NCBI GenBank assembly: GCA_009922705.1
Contig: RFUY01000001.1
Location: 1 to 49,409 of the forward strand
DNA from: Gammaproteobacteria bacterium
Lineage (GTDB): Bacteria > Pseudomonadota > Gammaproteobacteria > Pseudomonadales > Litorivicinaceae
Direction of reading: 5' to 3'
Length of the DNA: 49,409 bases
This document shows, in pieces, positions 10,458 to 18,581 of the stretch. A program made the translations under genes and the position numbers. Each line of letters opens with the position of its first letter. The stretch's first letter is position 1. Under the pieces are notes generated by a model. The model saw nothing but the letters and a program-made list of their open reading frames with translations. It had not been told where the DNA came from and did no database searches.

Positions 10458-11427
10458 GCAACATCCTTATTCCAATGCCATCAATCTCGCCAGTGCCAAA
10501 CTGGGTGCGGAGGCCGTCGCGTGCAGCGATGACTTTTTTGCGGAGATGTCGCGTCTGATTCAGGATGCCGATCCGGTGTTCGTGGCTGGTAAATATGATG
10601 AGAATGGCAAATGGATGGACGGCTGGGAGTCTCGGCGTCGGCGCAGTGGTGGCTTTGATTGGTGTGTGATTCGTCTCGCGGTGCCTGGGCGAATCGCTGG
10701 ATTTGATATCGACACTCGTCACTTCACCGGAAATTTTCCGCCTGGTGCTGAAATTGAGGGTGCGGTCGGTGACACACCGCCGACGGATGCGTCTGACTGG
10801 GTCAGTCTCTTGGGTGAGGTTAGTCTCGGTGGTGACCGGCAGCATCTGTTTGACGCCAAGCCCTGCGAGGCACCAATTCAATGGATTCGTTTAAAGATCT
10901 ATCCGGATGGTGGGGTGGCCCGGTTGCGTGTCTATGGGACGCCTGTTGCGCCAGCGGTTGCACCTGGGACTGAGCTTGAGCTCTCAAGCCTGTTACACGG
11001 AAGCCGAGTCATTGCGTATTCCAATGCCCATTATGGCAACCCTGAGGTCATGTTGACTCCTGGGCGTGGTGTCAACATGGGGGATGGTTGGGAAACCGCG
11101 CGCCGTCGAGTCCCTGGCAATGAGTGGATTATCGTCCAGTTGGGGATTCCTGGTCGGATTTCTCGGGTGGAAATTGATACTGCGCACTTTAAGGGGAACT
11201 TCCCGAGTGCCTGTTCTTTGCAGGCGGCGGCGATGCCCGCGTTGGGTCGGGATGCCCTGGTGACGCAGGCGATGTTTTGGCCAGAAGTGTTTGGACAGAC
11301 TCCCTTGACTGCAGATGCGATTCATCCAGTCGCATGTACAACCACGGGGGTAGTCACCCATGTGAAACTCAATACCTACCCAGATGGTGGCATTTCTCGG
11401 TTGCGGGTCTTTGGAGTGAGCGCATGA
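10450..11427 (+). CDS. alc: Allantoicase
   Basis: Two tandem repeats with DGWE(S/T).RRR, IDT.HF.GNFP and YPDGG..RLRV.G. Confidence 0.96.
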   Translation: MHEQHPYSNAINLASAKLGAEAVACSDDFFAEMSRLIQDADPVFVAGKYDENGKWMDGWESRRRRSGGFDWCVIRLAVPGRIAGFDIDTRHFTGNFPPGAEIEGAVGDTPPTDASDWVSLLGEVSLGGDRQHLFDAKPCEAPIQWIRLKIYPDGGVARLRVYGTPVAPAVAPGTELELSSLLHGSRVIAYSNAHYGNPEVMLTPGRGVNMGDGWETARRRVPGNEWIIVQLGIPGRISRVEIDTAHFKGNFPSACSLQAAAMPALGRDALVTQAMFWPEVFGQTPLTADAIHPVACTTTGVVTHVKLNTYPDGGISRLRVFGVSA

Positions 11428-11921
11428 GTCTCCTGGTGATCCAGCCTGAACCGCTGACGCCGGAGGCCTTTGCGCCATTTGGCGATGTTTTGCAAGTTGA
11501 GGGTGCGACGGCGTTTGAGATCAACGACGGATTCACCACGCGGGTGCACGACCTCTGTTCGTTGCAGTTCAGGGGAACCGATGCGCACCCCATTGTGAGC
11601 TTTTTTCTGGGACGTCCCCGTCCCTTGACGATTCGGATGGTGGAGTGCCACCCCTACGGCAGTCAGGCCTTTATGCCGCTAGACCCCCATCCTTGGTTGG
11701 TGGTCGTTGCCACGTCGCCGCGAGCGGACCGTGTTCGCGCCTTCTGGGCGCGTGGAGATCAGGGGGTGAACTATCACGCCGGTGTTTGGCACCACCCATT
11801 GCTGGTCACCCAGCCGCAACGGTTTTTAGTGATTGATCGCCACGGACAAGAGCCAAATTGCGAGGAGATGTTTTTCGAGCCTGGGACCGGTGTGGACCTG
11901 CAGTGGCCGTTGAGCAGCTAA
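11424..11921 (+). CDS. allA: Ureidoglycolate lyase
   Basis: EPLTPEAFAPFGDV, E.HPYGSQAFMP and QGVNYHAGVWHHPL; ATG 11424 overlaps the alc stop. Confidence 0.94.
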   Translation: MSLLVIQPEPLTPEAFAPFGDVLQVEGATAFEINDGFTTRVHDLCSLQFRGTDAHPIVSFFLGRPRPLTIRMVECHPYGSQAFMPLDPHPWLVVVATSPRADRVRAFWARGDQGVNYHAGVWHHPLLVTQPQRFLVIDRHGQEPNCEEMFFEPGTGVDLQWPLSS

Positions 11922-12019
11922 TCCAAACGAAATCCACATCTGTGGATCCGCGACAACGTCGCAGTGGGCCCGTCCCACACTGAAAGAATAATGACAGAGG
12001 GAAACCCTCGAGGAGAGTA

Positions 12020-13360
12020 ATGATGAGTGACAGTCACCTAACCGCCGCGCAATTGCGGGATCCAGATGCCATTCCACCGATGAGCCAGGCGATTCCGCTT
12101 GGGTTACAACACGTCTTGGCGATGTTTGTCAGTAACTTTACCCCCGCGATCATTGTCGGTTTGGCTGCAGGGTTTGCCTTCGGTAGCGCCGATTTGGTGT
12201 ATTTAATCCAGATGTCGATGTTATTTGCAGGGATTGCCACCTTGTTTCAGACGGTGGGTTTGGGGAAAGTCGGTGCTCGACTTCCGATTATGCAAGGCAC
12301 TAGTTTTGCGTTCATCCCTGTGATGATCCCCATCGTCAAAACGTCGGGCTTGGCCGCGCTGTTTGGTGGGATTGTCATTGGTGGTTTGTTCCATGCCTTT
12401 CTTGGCACGTTTATCGGCAAGATTCGGCATTGGCTGCCTCCACTGGTCACTGGATTAGTGGTGGTCGCGATCGGTCTCGCACTGATTCCTGTTGGGATCC
12501 AATATGCGGCGGGTGGTGTTCCGTTGATAGGTAAGCCTGAGTTCGGTGGGCTGAATCACTGGTTCTTAGCCCTGACTGTCGTGTTTGTTGCCTTAGGGTT
12601 TAAATTTTTTGCAAAGGGAATGTTGTCGACTGCTGCTGTATTGATTGGGTTGATCGCCGGTTACCTGGTGGCGATTCCCATGGGAATGGCGAACTTTGCA
12701 GCCATCGAACGTGCCGCGTGGTTTGCGGTCCCAGATCCTTTTCGATATGGGTTTGAGCTGAATGTGGCCGCCATCCTCGGTATGTGCCTCATGGGCGTTG
12801 TGAGCGCCATCGAAACGGTTGGCGATATTTCCGGAATCACCAAAGGGGGAGCAGGTCGAGAAGCGACAGACAAAGAGCTCGCGGGTGGTACCTATGCGGA
12901 TGGGTTAGGGACTGCGGTCGCAGGCGTGTTTGGCGGGCTACCAAATACCTCCTTTAGTCAAAATGTGGGATTGATCGCATTGACCGGCATCATGAGTCGA
13001 ATGGTCGTGACCATTGGTGGAGTATTTCTCGTCCTTTGTGGGCTTATTCCAAAGGTAGGCGCGTTGATTTCCTCCATGCCGATTGCAGTCTTGGGTGGCG
13101 GTGTGATTGTCATGTTCGGCATGGTCGTCGCGGCTGGGATCAATATGCTGAGCGATGTGGTCTGGTCGCGCAGAAACATGGTGATTCTTGCCGTGTCACT
13201 CTCAATTGGCCTCGGTCTGCAAGCGGTCCCCTCGGCACTGCAACATTTGCCTGCAACATTGAAGGTACTGTTGACCTCGGGGCTGCTGCCAGTTGCATTT
13301 TTGGCCATTATTCTGAATCTCATTCTCCCTCAGGAGATGGATGAGAAGGCCGCGATCTAG
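12020..13360 (+). CDS. NCS2 (NAT) family purine (xanthine/urate) permease
   Basis: GLQHVLAMF (QH motif), ETVGD and NAT signature SFSQNVGL; polytopic membrane protein; purine-cluster context. Confidence 0.93.
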   Translation: MMSDSHLTAAQLRDPDAIPPMSQAIPLGLQHVLAMFVSNFTPAIIVGLAAGFAFGSADLVYLIQMSMLFAGIATLFQTVGLGKVGARLPIMQGTSFAFIPVMIPIVKTSGLAALFGGIVIGGLFHAFLGTFIGKIRHWLPPLVTGLVVVAIGLALIPVGIQYAAGGVPLIGKPEFGGLNHWFLALTVVFVALGFKFFAKGMLSTAAVLIGLIAGYLVAIPMGMANFAAIERAAWFAVPDPFRYGFELNVAAILGMCLMGVVSAIETVGDISGITKGGAGREATDKELAGGTYADGLGTAVAGVFGGLPNTSFSQNVGLIALTGIMSRMVVTIGGVFLVLCGLIPKVGALISSMPIAVLGGGVIVMFGMVVAAGINMLSDVVWSRRNMVILAVSLSIGLGLQAVPSALQHLPATLKVLLTSGLLPVAFLAIILNLILPQEMDEKAAI

Positions 13361-13376
13361 CGCGTTTATAGGCTTT

Positions 13377-13400
13377 GATGGCTGGCTGTGGCCAGCCATC
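13377..13400. other. Perfect 10-bp stem-loop between the convergent permease and dsbB genes (no U-tract)
   Basis: GATGGCTGGC-TGTG-GCCAGCCATC. Confidence 0.55.
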
Positions 13401-13583
13401 GTTCCGCAGACTGACGGCCTCTCGATTGCGTTTGATTCGAATCCCGCCTACACGCTCCGATTGGGCCTAGACCACGCCATCTGGCTCAACGGTTGCGACG
13501 GCGCGCTATTCCTTGGGGAGTTGGAGGGGGTTCGCAACACTGTACCGTCACCGGACGATGCTGACTTGCACGAAACCTCTCGA

Positions 13584-14090
13584 TTAGACCGACAACGCCT
13601 TTGGCGCCTGGCGTAATGTGATGACTAAGGCGAGCCCCCCAACAAGGGCGTAGGCGATAAACCACACCAGTGTCCACTGTGGGATCGATAACGAGAGGAA
13701 GGTCCATTGCACTTCCGCACAGTTTCCGGTGCCGAGCAGCATCGCGCGGATGGATTCTGTGAGTGGGAATCGATCCAGCATGAAATAAATGTCAGGCCCA
13801 CAGTCGGGAACTTGATCTGGAGGGAGTGATTGCAACCAGACCTGACGTCCAGCCAATGCGGCCCCCAACCCAGCGAAGATCAACATCAAGAACGCGGAGA
13901 TGGCGCGTCCCCAATGCGGGGTGATGAGAACTAAGGCGGTTGCAAAGAGGGTGAGGCCAAGCGCAATGCGTTGCGCGAGGCAGAGTGCGCAGGGGACCAA
14001 CCCCATCACGTACTCCATATAAAATGCCGTTGCGAATAAGCCAGCTCCGCTGGCCAAGACACACCAAAGCGCCCGAGTCATTAGCATCAT
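13584..14090 (-). CDS. dsbB: Disulfide bond formation protein DsbB
   Basis: PCALCLAQR, second Cys pair (VPDCGP...GTGNCAEVQW), LSIPQW; four TM segments. Confidence 0.93.
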   Translation of the reverse strand: MMLMTRALWCVLASGAGLFATAFYMEYVMGLVPCALCLAQRIALGLTLFATALVLITPHWGRAISAFLMLIFAGLGAALAGRQVWLQSLPPDQVPDCGPDIYFMLDRFPLTESIRAMLLGTGNCAEVQWTFLSLSIPQWTLVWFIAYALVGGLALVITLRQAPKALSV

Positions 14091-14140
14091 GAATCTCCCT
14101 CCGGCGGAAGTCTCACGATGCCTGAGACTAAAGTCAAATA

Positions 14141-14395
14141 TTAAGCCGGATCGTCCTCAGCTTTTTTCTTTCCCGATTTTTTGGGCTCAGGCCCATGATA
14201 GCGTTCGACGCCTAAGGTGATTGCGTAGCAGGCCAACTCAATCGCCCGTGGAATCTCGAACTTATCCCCATTGCGTTCGCCTTTCTCATAGTACTGAATA
14301 ATGCGGGATTTCAGACCAAGCTTTTGGGCAGCATCTTTCTGCGTGAGCTTCAGGTGCTTCCGCCACGCTTTGAATTCTGATGGTTTCATTCTCAT
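14141..14395 (-). CDS. Small XRE/Cro-type helix-turn-helix protein
   Basis: FKAWRKHLKLTQKDAAQKLGL..R.IQYYEKG HTH pattern; AGGAAG SD; ATG overlaps the ceramidase-like stop. Confidence 0.85.
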   Translation of the reverse strand: MRMKPSEFKAWRKHLKLTQKDAAQKLGLKSRIIQYYEKGERNGDKFEIPRAIELACYAITLGVERYHGPEPKKSGKKKAEDDPA

Positions 14396-15120
14396 GAGTG
14401 CTTCCTTTCCACAGGGTGCGGATTATTCTGCAAATTGTGCGTAAATGGAATCTGTGTGTGTAATTTTTCGGGCTGGTTCGCGCTGCAAGAACTGATCTTC
14501 ACAGCTTCGATCACCATCCAAAGGACTGCCGCGTTACAGAGGTGCCACAAAAAATGCGTGCCAAAGGGGAGCGCGTCGCAGACTGGCAAATCGAGCGTTC
14601 TGAAGGTGAGGGACACTGGAAATAGAAGCGTTGCGCGCAGGAGCCAACGACGGGCATTCCCTTGTTGACTGAGCCAAGTGATCGTTGCGAGCGCAACCCA
14701 GGCAGGAAGGTATCCAGCAGAGCCATTCAGCCAATGGCTCGGTAGCAATGCCGACAGTCCTACAAACACAATGACGAGCGTTGCAGTGAGCCGGATCGAG
14801 AGGCTAAGTTGCGTTCGCATCAAGAGGATGAGCGCACTAAGGATAAAGAGCTGAATCGGGATCACATCCATGAGCAACGCCCAGCGTGTCGCCGTCGCAT
14901 GAAACAATGCAGAGCCGATGCCGATCGCGGCCAAGAGCGCAATCAACCACAGGACACTGGCCGTGTGCGGTCTCGCACCAGAGCGAGCACTTACCCAAGC
15001 AGCCACTAAAAACGCACCATTACTCGCCAGGCCGAGTGGTTCATCCAACCAGGCTGCGGTCTCTCGCTCGCAGTACAAATCGATCTCTGGAAGTAAGGCC
15101 GCGGTGAGGGTCTGTTCCAT
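14392..15120 (-). CDS. Ceramidase-domain (CREST superfamily) membrane hydrolase
   Basis: DLYCER...EP....SN, SxxxH (GSALFH), D..PI and HxxxH (GTHFLWH); hydrophobic. Start placed at ATG 15120. Confidence 0.82.
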   Translation of the reverse strand: MEQTLTAALLPEIDLYCERETAAWLDEPLGLASNGAFLVAAWVSARSGARPHTASVLWLIALLAAIGIGSALFHATATRWALLMDVIPIQLFILSALILLMRTQLSLSIRLTATLVIVFVGLSALLPSHWLNGSAGYLPAWVALATITWLSQQGNARRWLLRATLLFPVSLTFRTLDLPVCDALPFGTHFLWHLCNAAVLWMVIEAVKISSCSANQPEKLHTQIPFTHNLQNNPHPVERKHS

Positions 15121-15256
15121 GGGTTCGAACTCTATATTACTGGATCTTTTCGGATACCATGCGGACTGAATGTCCACAAGCACTAAGTGCAACTGGCGAA
15201 AATAAATTCCCGTATGTTAGCGAAATTTTTTGTGTTTTCGCTTGATGATTATCCGG

Positions 15257-15388
15257 TAAAAAATTGATTTTAATCGATTAAATTTTATTGCTCAAATTTT
15301 GAGCAGCCGGTCAAAGCCTCGTCATTACAGGGGATTTCCAGTCCTCCCAAAAAATATCCAAAGAGTTATCCACAGCTTGCGTGGACAA
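15257..15388. promoter_or_regulatory. IHF-like site, Fis-consensus site and an inverted DnaA-box pair (DARS-like element)
   Basis: Minus-strand AATCAATTTTTTA (15257-15269) matches WATCAANNNNTTR. GCTCAAATTTTGAGC (15290-15304) is a symmetric Fis site. TTATCCACA (15366-15374), 5 bp, then CGTGGACAA (15380-15388). Confidence 0.65.
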
Positions 15389-15522
15389 CTGTTTTGTCAA
15401 TGCCTGCGGTCAACACTTTTTGTGTAGTCGGTCGGAAATTTTAGTGATCTCGCGATCAGAGGGCGAGGCACGGCTGTGCTGAGTGTGCGATCATGCGTGC
15501 TCTTTAATCAGGAGACATACAC

Positions 15523-15948
15523 ATGCTGACGCTCGCTCACGCGCAAGGGTTAATTCAGACCATTCTCGCAGAGACCGCCTCGCGTTCTGATTTGAAACCG
15601 ATGACCGCGGTGGTGGTTGATGCAGGCGGGCATGTCATCGCATCGGCCCGCGAAGATGGCGCATCGCCAATTCGGGTCGATTTAGCGACAGGGAAGGCAC
15701 GGGGTGCAGTACTGATGGGAGTCGGCTCCCGTAAACTCGGCGAGCGTGCCGAGGCGCAGGCCTATTTTATTCAGGCGATGAATGCCTTGGCGGATGGGTC
15801 ATTAGTACCTGTTCCTGGGGGCGTTCTGATTCGTGACCCCTCGGGTGCAGTCATCGGGGCATTAGGTGTCACGGGTGATACCTCGGATCAAGACGAAGAT
15901 CTGGCGATTCGCGCCATCACCGCGCATGGATTCACGCCAGATCCTTGA
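15523..15948 (+). CDS. GlcG/HbpS family heme-binding protein
   Basis: VVVDAGGH...REDGA...A.GKA...GGVLIRD..G.VIGALGVTG..SDQDE; AGGAG SD. Confidence 0.9.
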   Translation: MLTLAHAQGLIQTILAETASRSDLKPMTAVVVDAGGHVIASAREDGASPIRVDLATGKARGAVLMGVGSRKLGERAEAQAYFIQAMNALADGSLVPVPGGVLIRDPSGAVIGALGVTGDTSDQDEDLAIRAITAHGFTPDP

Positions 15949-16423
15949 ATCCACGGCGGCGTTTGATGCGACCTTGACGCATCGGCTGTGCCTCACGCGT
16001 CGCTGGGGTCAGGGGCCACTAATGCTGGCTGTGGGCCTGAATCCATCGCGTGCGGGTGCCACGGAGAATGATCCTACAGTGCGTCGTGTGATGCGTTTGC
16101 TCGACGCGCAGGGGTTTGCAGCGCTGGTGATGCTGAATTTGTGGTCGCTGATTTCAGTGACGCCTCAGGCAGTTGTCAAAACCGAGGGGCGGTGGACCGA
16201 GGCTGATTGGGCACGTTTTCATGGGTGGTTTGCGCAATCAAAGGCACGTCTTTGGATGTGGGGTGCCCTCGGCCGCGGACATCCGGATCTTGACGCGATT
16301 TGCGCATCCGATTCGAATGCGTTTTGCTTCGGCATTACGCGCGCGGGGATGCCAAAGCATCCACTGTACTTACCCGCAAGCACACCGTTGGTCCGTTATC
16401 GTGACCAGAGGCGCCCTCACTAA
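15926..16423 (+). CDS. DUF1643 domain protein
   Basis: R..L.RRW...GLNPS.A....DPTVRR...NL...WGA.G...G.T..G.PKHPLY pattern. Start uncertain. Confidence 0.8.
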   Translation: MDSRQILESTAAFDATLTHRLCLTRRWGQGPLMLAVGLNPSRAGATENDPTVRRVMRLLDAQGFAALVMLNLWSLISVTPQAVVKTEGRWTEADWARFHGWFAQSKARLWMWGALGRGHPDLDAICASDSNAFCFGITRAGMPKHPLYLPASTPLVRYRDQRRPH

Positions 16424-16590
16424 CAGTCGGTGTCGGCGACTTCGCTGGGTGATCCGAGATAGATAATGTCTGGAGGTGTGAGATGTTCTGGTGCCGAGGT
16501 GGCATCAAGGCGTGACCACCAGGCTTTGAATTCCTCAGGCGTCATCAGAAAGGGATTTTGGTAAAGTACTTCAGGATCGTTGTTGGTCAT
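16420..16590 (-). CDS. Small hypothetical protein (56 aa), below the ORF-track cutoff
   Basis: GGAG SD, then MTNNDPEVLYQNPFLMTPEEFKAWWSRLDATSAPEHLTPPDIIYLGSPSEVADTDC*. Fills the gap; its stop overlaps the DUF1643 stop. Confidence 0.55.
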   Translation of the reverse strand: MTNNDPEVLYQNPFLMTPEEFKAWWSRLDATSAPEHLTPPDIIYLGSPSEVADTDC

Positions 16591-16744
16591 CACTGGCTCC
16601 GAAAATCGGGTGAGTGACGGTCCTTGTCTTGGATTACCACCTTGGTCTAATTAACCTGCCACGGAAGCGGATCAGATACAAGCGATCCATGGTCGAATCA
16701 AGTTGTGCGCTGAGGCGTCGATAAGTGTGCCAGGGGGAAAAGGT

Positions 16745-17146
16745 ATGCGTGTCTTCATCATCTGTAGTGTGTTGAGCTTTGGTTCGCCAGCGATCGCGGA
16801 AACTTGGCAGTGTCAACATCGTGACCCCTCACGTGACCCCTTGACCTTTGTGGTCGGTGACCAAGCGGTCAACTGGACTCATGCACGCTTGGGGGAGATG
16901 GATCCACTCGAGTTAGTGGTGAACACACAAGCCATGGTGACCATGGCCTCTCGTCGCGTGAATATTCTGTATTCACGGTTTTTTCATCTCGACAAATTGT
17001 CCGGACGTATGGGTGATGTCACCTTTCGCCCAGAATTTTTAAGAAAGCTCGAGTCGTCACCGGATCAGATTCAGCCTGATCAGGTGACAACCGTTTGGCG
17101 CTGTGTCCGTCAGGAGGAAGGGTCAAGCCCGAGCGCTTCGAGATGA
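16745..17146 (+). CDS. Hypothetical secreted protein
   Basis: Signal-peptide-like MRVFIICSVLSFGSPAIA followed by ETWQC...WRC (possible disulfide); purine-rich SD. Confidence 0.65.
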   Translation: MRVFIICSVLSFGSPAIAETWQCQHRDPSRDPLTFVVGDQAVNWTHARLGEMDPLELVVNTQAMVTMASRRVNILYSRFFHLDKLSGRMGDVTFRPEFLRKLESSPDQIQPDQVTTVWRCVRQEEGSSPSASR

Positions 17147-17427
17147 TGCACATGCGCATCTTCATACCCGAGAATATCGACCATGGCGACATGGTCCCAG
17201 TCGGTGTCTGGGGTGTCAGTCAGCTCTAGATGTTCCGGGCAGTGGTTCCTTAGAAAGTCCTCCAGATCATCATGCTCCCAACTGTGTGTCGGCCAGTGGG
17301 ATTGGCTTGCCTCTTCAAGAGGCCACAATTGGGCGCCCAGTATGGAATTGTGGATCTCAGTCGCATGGGATCCTTGTGGCATGGTGTCACGCATCACGGC
17401 CTCCTCAATGGATGGATACCGCTTCAT
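17110..17427 (-). CDS. Hypothetical acidic, His-rich protein
   Basis: Protein-like composition; fills the gap; no family recognised. Confidence 0.55.
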   Translation of the reverse strand: MKRYPSIEEAVMRDTMPQGSHATEIHNSILGAQLWPLEEASQSHWPTHSWEHDDLEDFLRNHCPEHLELTDTPDTDWDHVAMVDILGYEDAHVHHLEALGLDPSS

Positions 17428-17498
17428 CAAAACGCTCTGCGGCGCAGCATGTAAATACGACCCGACAATTGGATGGTCGTAGAGCTGTGATGCACCTG

Positions 17499-18545
17499 CT
17501 AACGCAAAACGATGTCTGTGATGATCAAATCATGATCGGAGAGTGTTTCTCCCGCTGTATTGACTGCGGGCTGCGTGCGTGGCCGCTCTGCAAGACACCC
17601 ACGAATGAAGAACCAGTCGATGCGTCCAAGCGGTGGCTTTGGATAGCCCCGCTCGCGAGGCCGTTGTGTCGGCTCGTGTGTATTCGCGGTTCCCTTTCGA
17701 TAGCCTGCATTGGCGAGAATCGCGAACAGGGGTTCATGGGCTTCTGGTTGAATGAACCGGGTAGGATCATTGCGTGCGAGGTCTTGGCGCCTCCGGAAAA
17801 CATCGGAAAGAGACGTTGTGTCCAAAGTGCTGGTGTTGAGATCGCCACCCAAAATTATGGGCATCGATGGCTCGAGGGCGGTTAAGAGATCGCTGATTTG
17901 ATTCGCGCGCTGATTGGGGTGGGCATTCGACTCCAGGTGGGTAGAGACCAGTTGAATCGGGCCGTAGGCGGATGAGATTTGCGCAATCAGCGCCATTCGA
18001 CCGCCTAGTCGTGGTTCATCCCAGCGGCGATGCCACCAGGCGCCATCCGAGGCAGGGAATCGGATCATGCGAATGTGCTCTAGTGGGTAGCGGCTGAGAA
18101 TGGCATTCCCGTGCAGCCCACAACGGTTTGTGGTGCCCGGATCTGGCTGATTTTGCTCCCATGGTGAGCCTGTACCGAGCTCGATAAATTCCACTGCGTA
18201 AGCCCAGTGCCAGCCAAGCGCCTCAGCCAGTGCCTGCGTGGTATGGCACTGGTTTGTCCGACTCATCCCGAGATCCATTTCGCTGGCCAGTAAGATGTCG
18301 AGTCCCTGGTCAAGAATCAATTCAGCCGCGGCCTGCCAATGCGCACCACGTTCCAGATTCCAAGCACCCACCCGACAGTGATCAATTAAGGTACTCTGGG
18401 TTTCTCCTTGGCCCATTTGAATTTCGTCTAAGACTGGAAAGGCAGTGCGCCAACGCCCGTAATCATCGCCGGCATCGAGACCGTTGAGCGCCCGTTCGCG
18501 AAGTGCTTGATCTGGAATCGTGAGATGCTGTACGCGATTTGTCAT
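17499..18545 (-). CDS. Endonuclease/exonuclease/phosphatase (EEP) family protein
   Basis: WNLERG, D.LL.SE.D, GNAILSRYP, STHLE, GGDLN, IDWFF and LSDH motifs. Confidence 0.9.
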   Translation of the reverse strand: MTNRVQHLTIPDQALRERALNGLDAGDDYGRWRTAFPVLDEIQMGQGETQSTLIDHCRVGAWNLERGAHWQAAAELILDQGLDILLASEMDLGMSRTNQCHTTQALAEALGWHWAYAVEFIELGTGSPWEQNQPDPGTTNRCGLHGNAILSRYPLEHIRMIRFPASDGAWWHRRWDEPRLGGRMALIAQISSAYGPIQLVSTHLESNAHPNQRANQISDLLTALEPSMPIILGGDLNTSTLDTTSLSDVFRRRQDLARNDPTRFIQPEAHEPLFAILANAGYRKGTANTHEPTQRPRERGYPKPPLGRIDWFFIRGCLAERPRTQPAVNTAGETLSDHDLIITDIVLR

Positions 18546-18581
18546 GTTGTTCTGTCACTCTGGCCATGTGGAGGACTGGGT

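Noticed and set aside
10450-11427. Internal sequence duplication in alc
   Set aside because: This is the normal two-repeat architecture of allantoicase.
11932-12009. Assignment of the hairpins to guanidine-II, purine or xanthine riboswitch classes
   Set aside because: No ACGR loops, no purine-aptamer three-way junction and no NMT1-type consensus recognised; kept only as an unassigned candidate.
13434-13460. tRNA T-loop-like TTCGAATCCC
   Set aside because: No T-stem, acceptor stem or cloverleaf can be built around it.
13341-13616. 91-aa plus-strand ORF in the permease-dsbB gap
   Set aside because: Overlaps both neighbours, runs through a perfect hairpin and shows no recognisable motif.
15121-15522. 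Chromosomal origin oriC or an nrdAB-type promoter
   Set aside because: Only one perfect DnaA box and one or two degenerate ones, no dnaA/mnmG/parAB or nrd genes adjacent, and no convincing NrdR box; reported as DARS-like instead.
16820-16842. Short direct repeat CGTGACCCCT x2
   Set aside because: Two copies inside a coding region (RDPSRDPL); not an array.
17103-17885. Long alternative ORFs such as 17103-17885, 19308-19886, 23058-23714 and 9322-9930
   Set aside because: They are antisense shadows of well-supported genes, expected at this GC content, and carry no family motifs.
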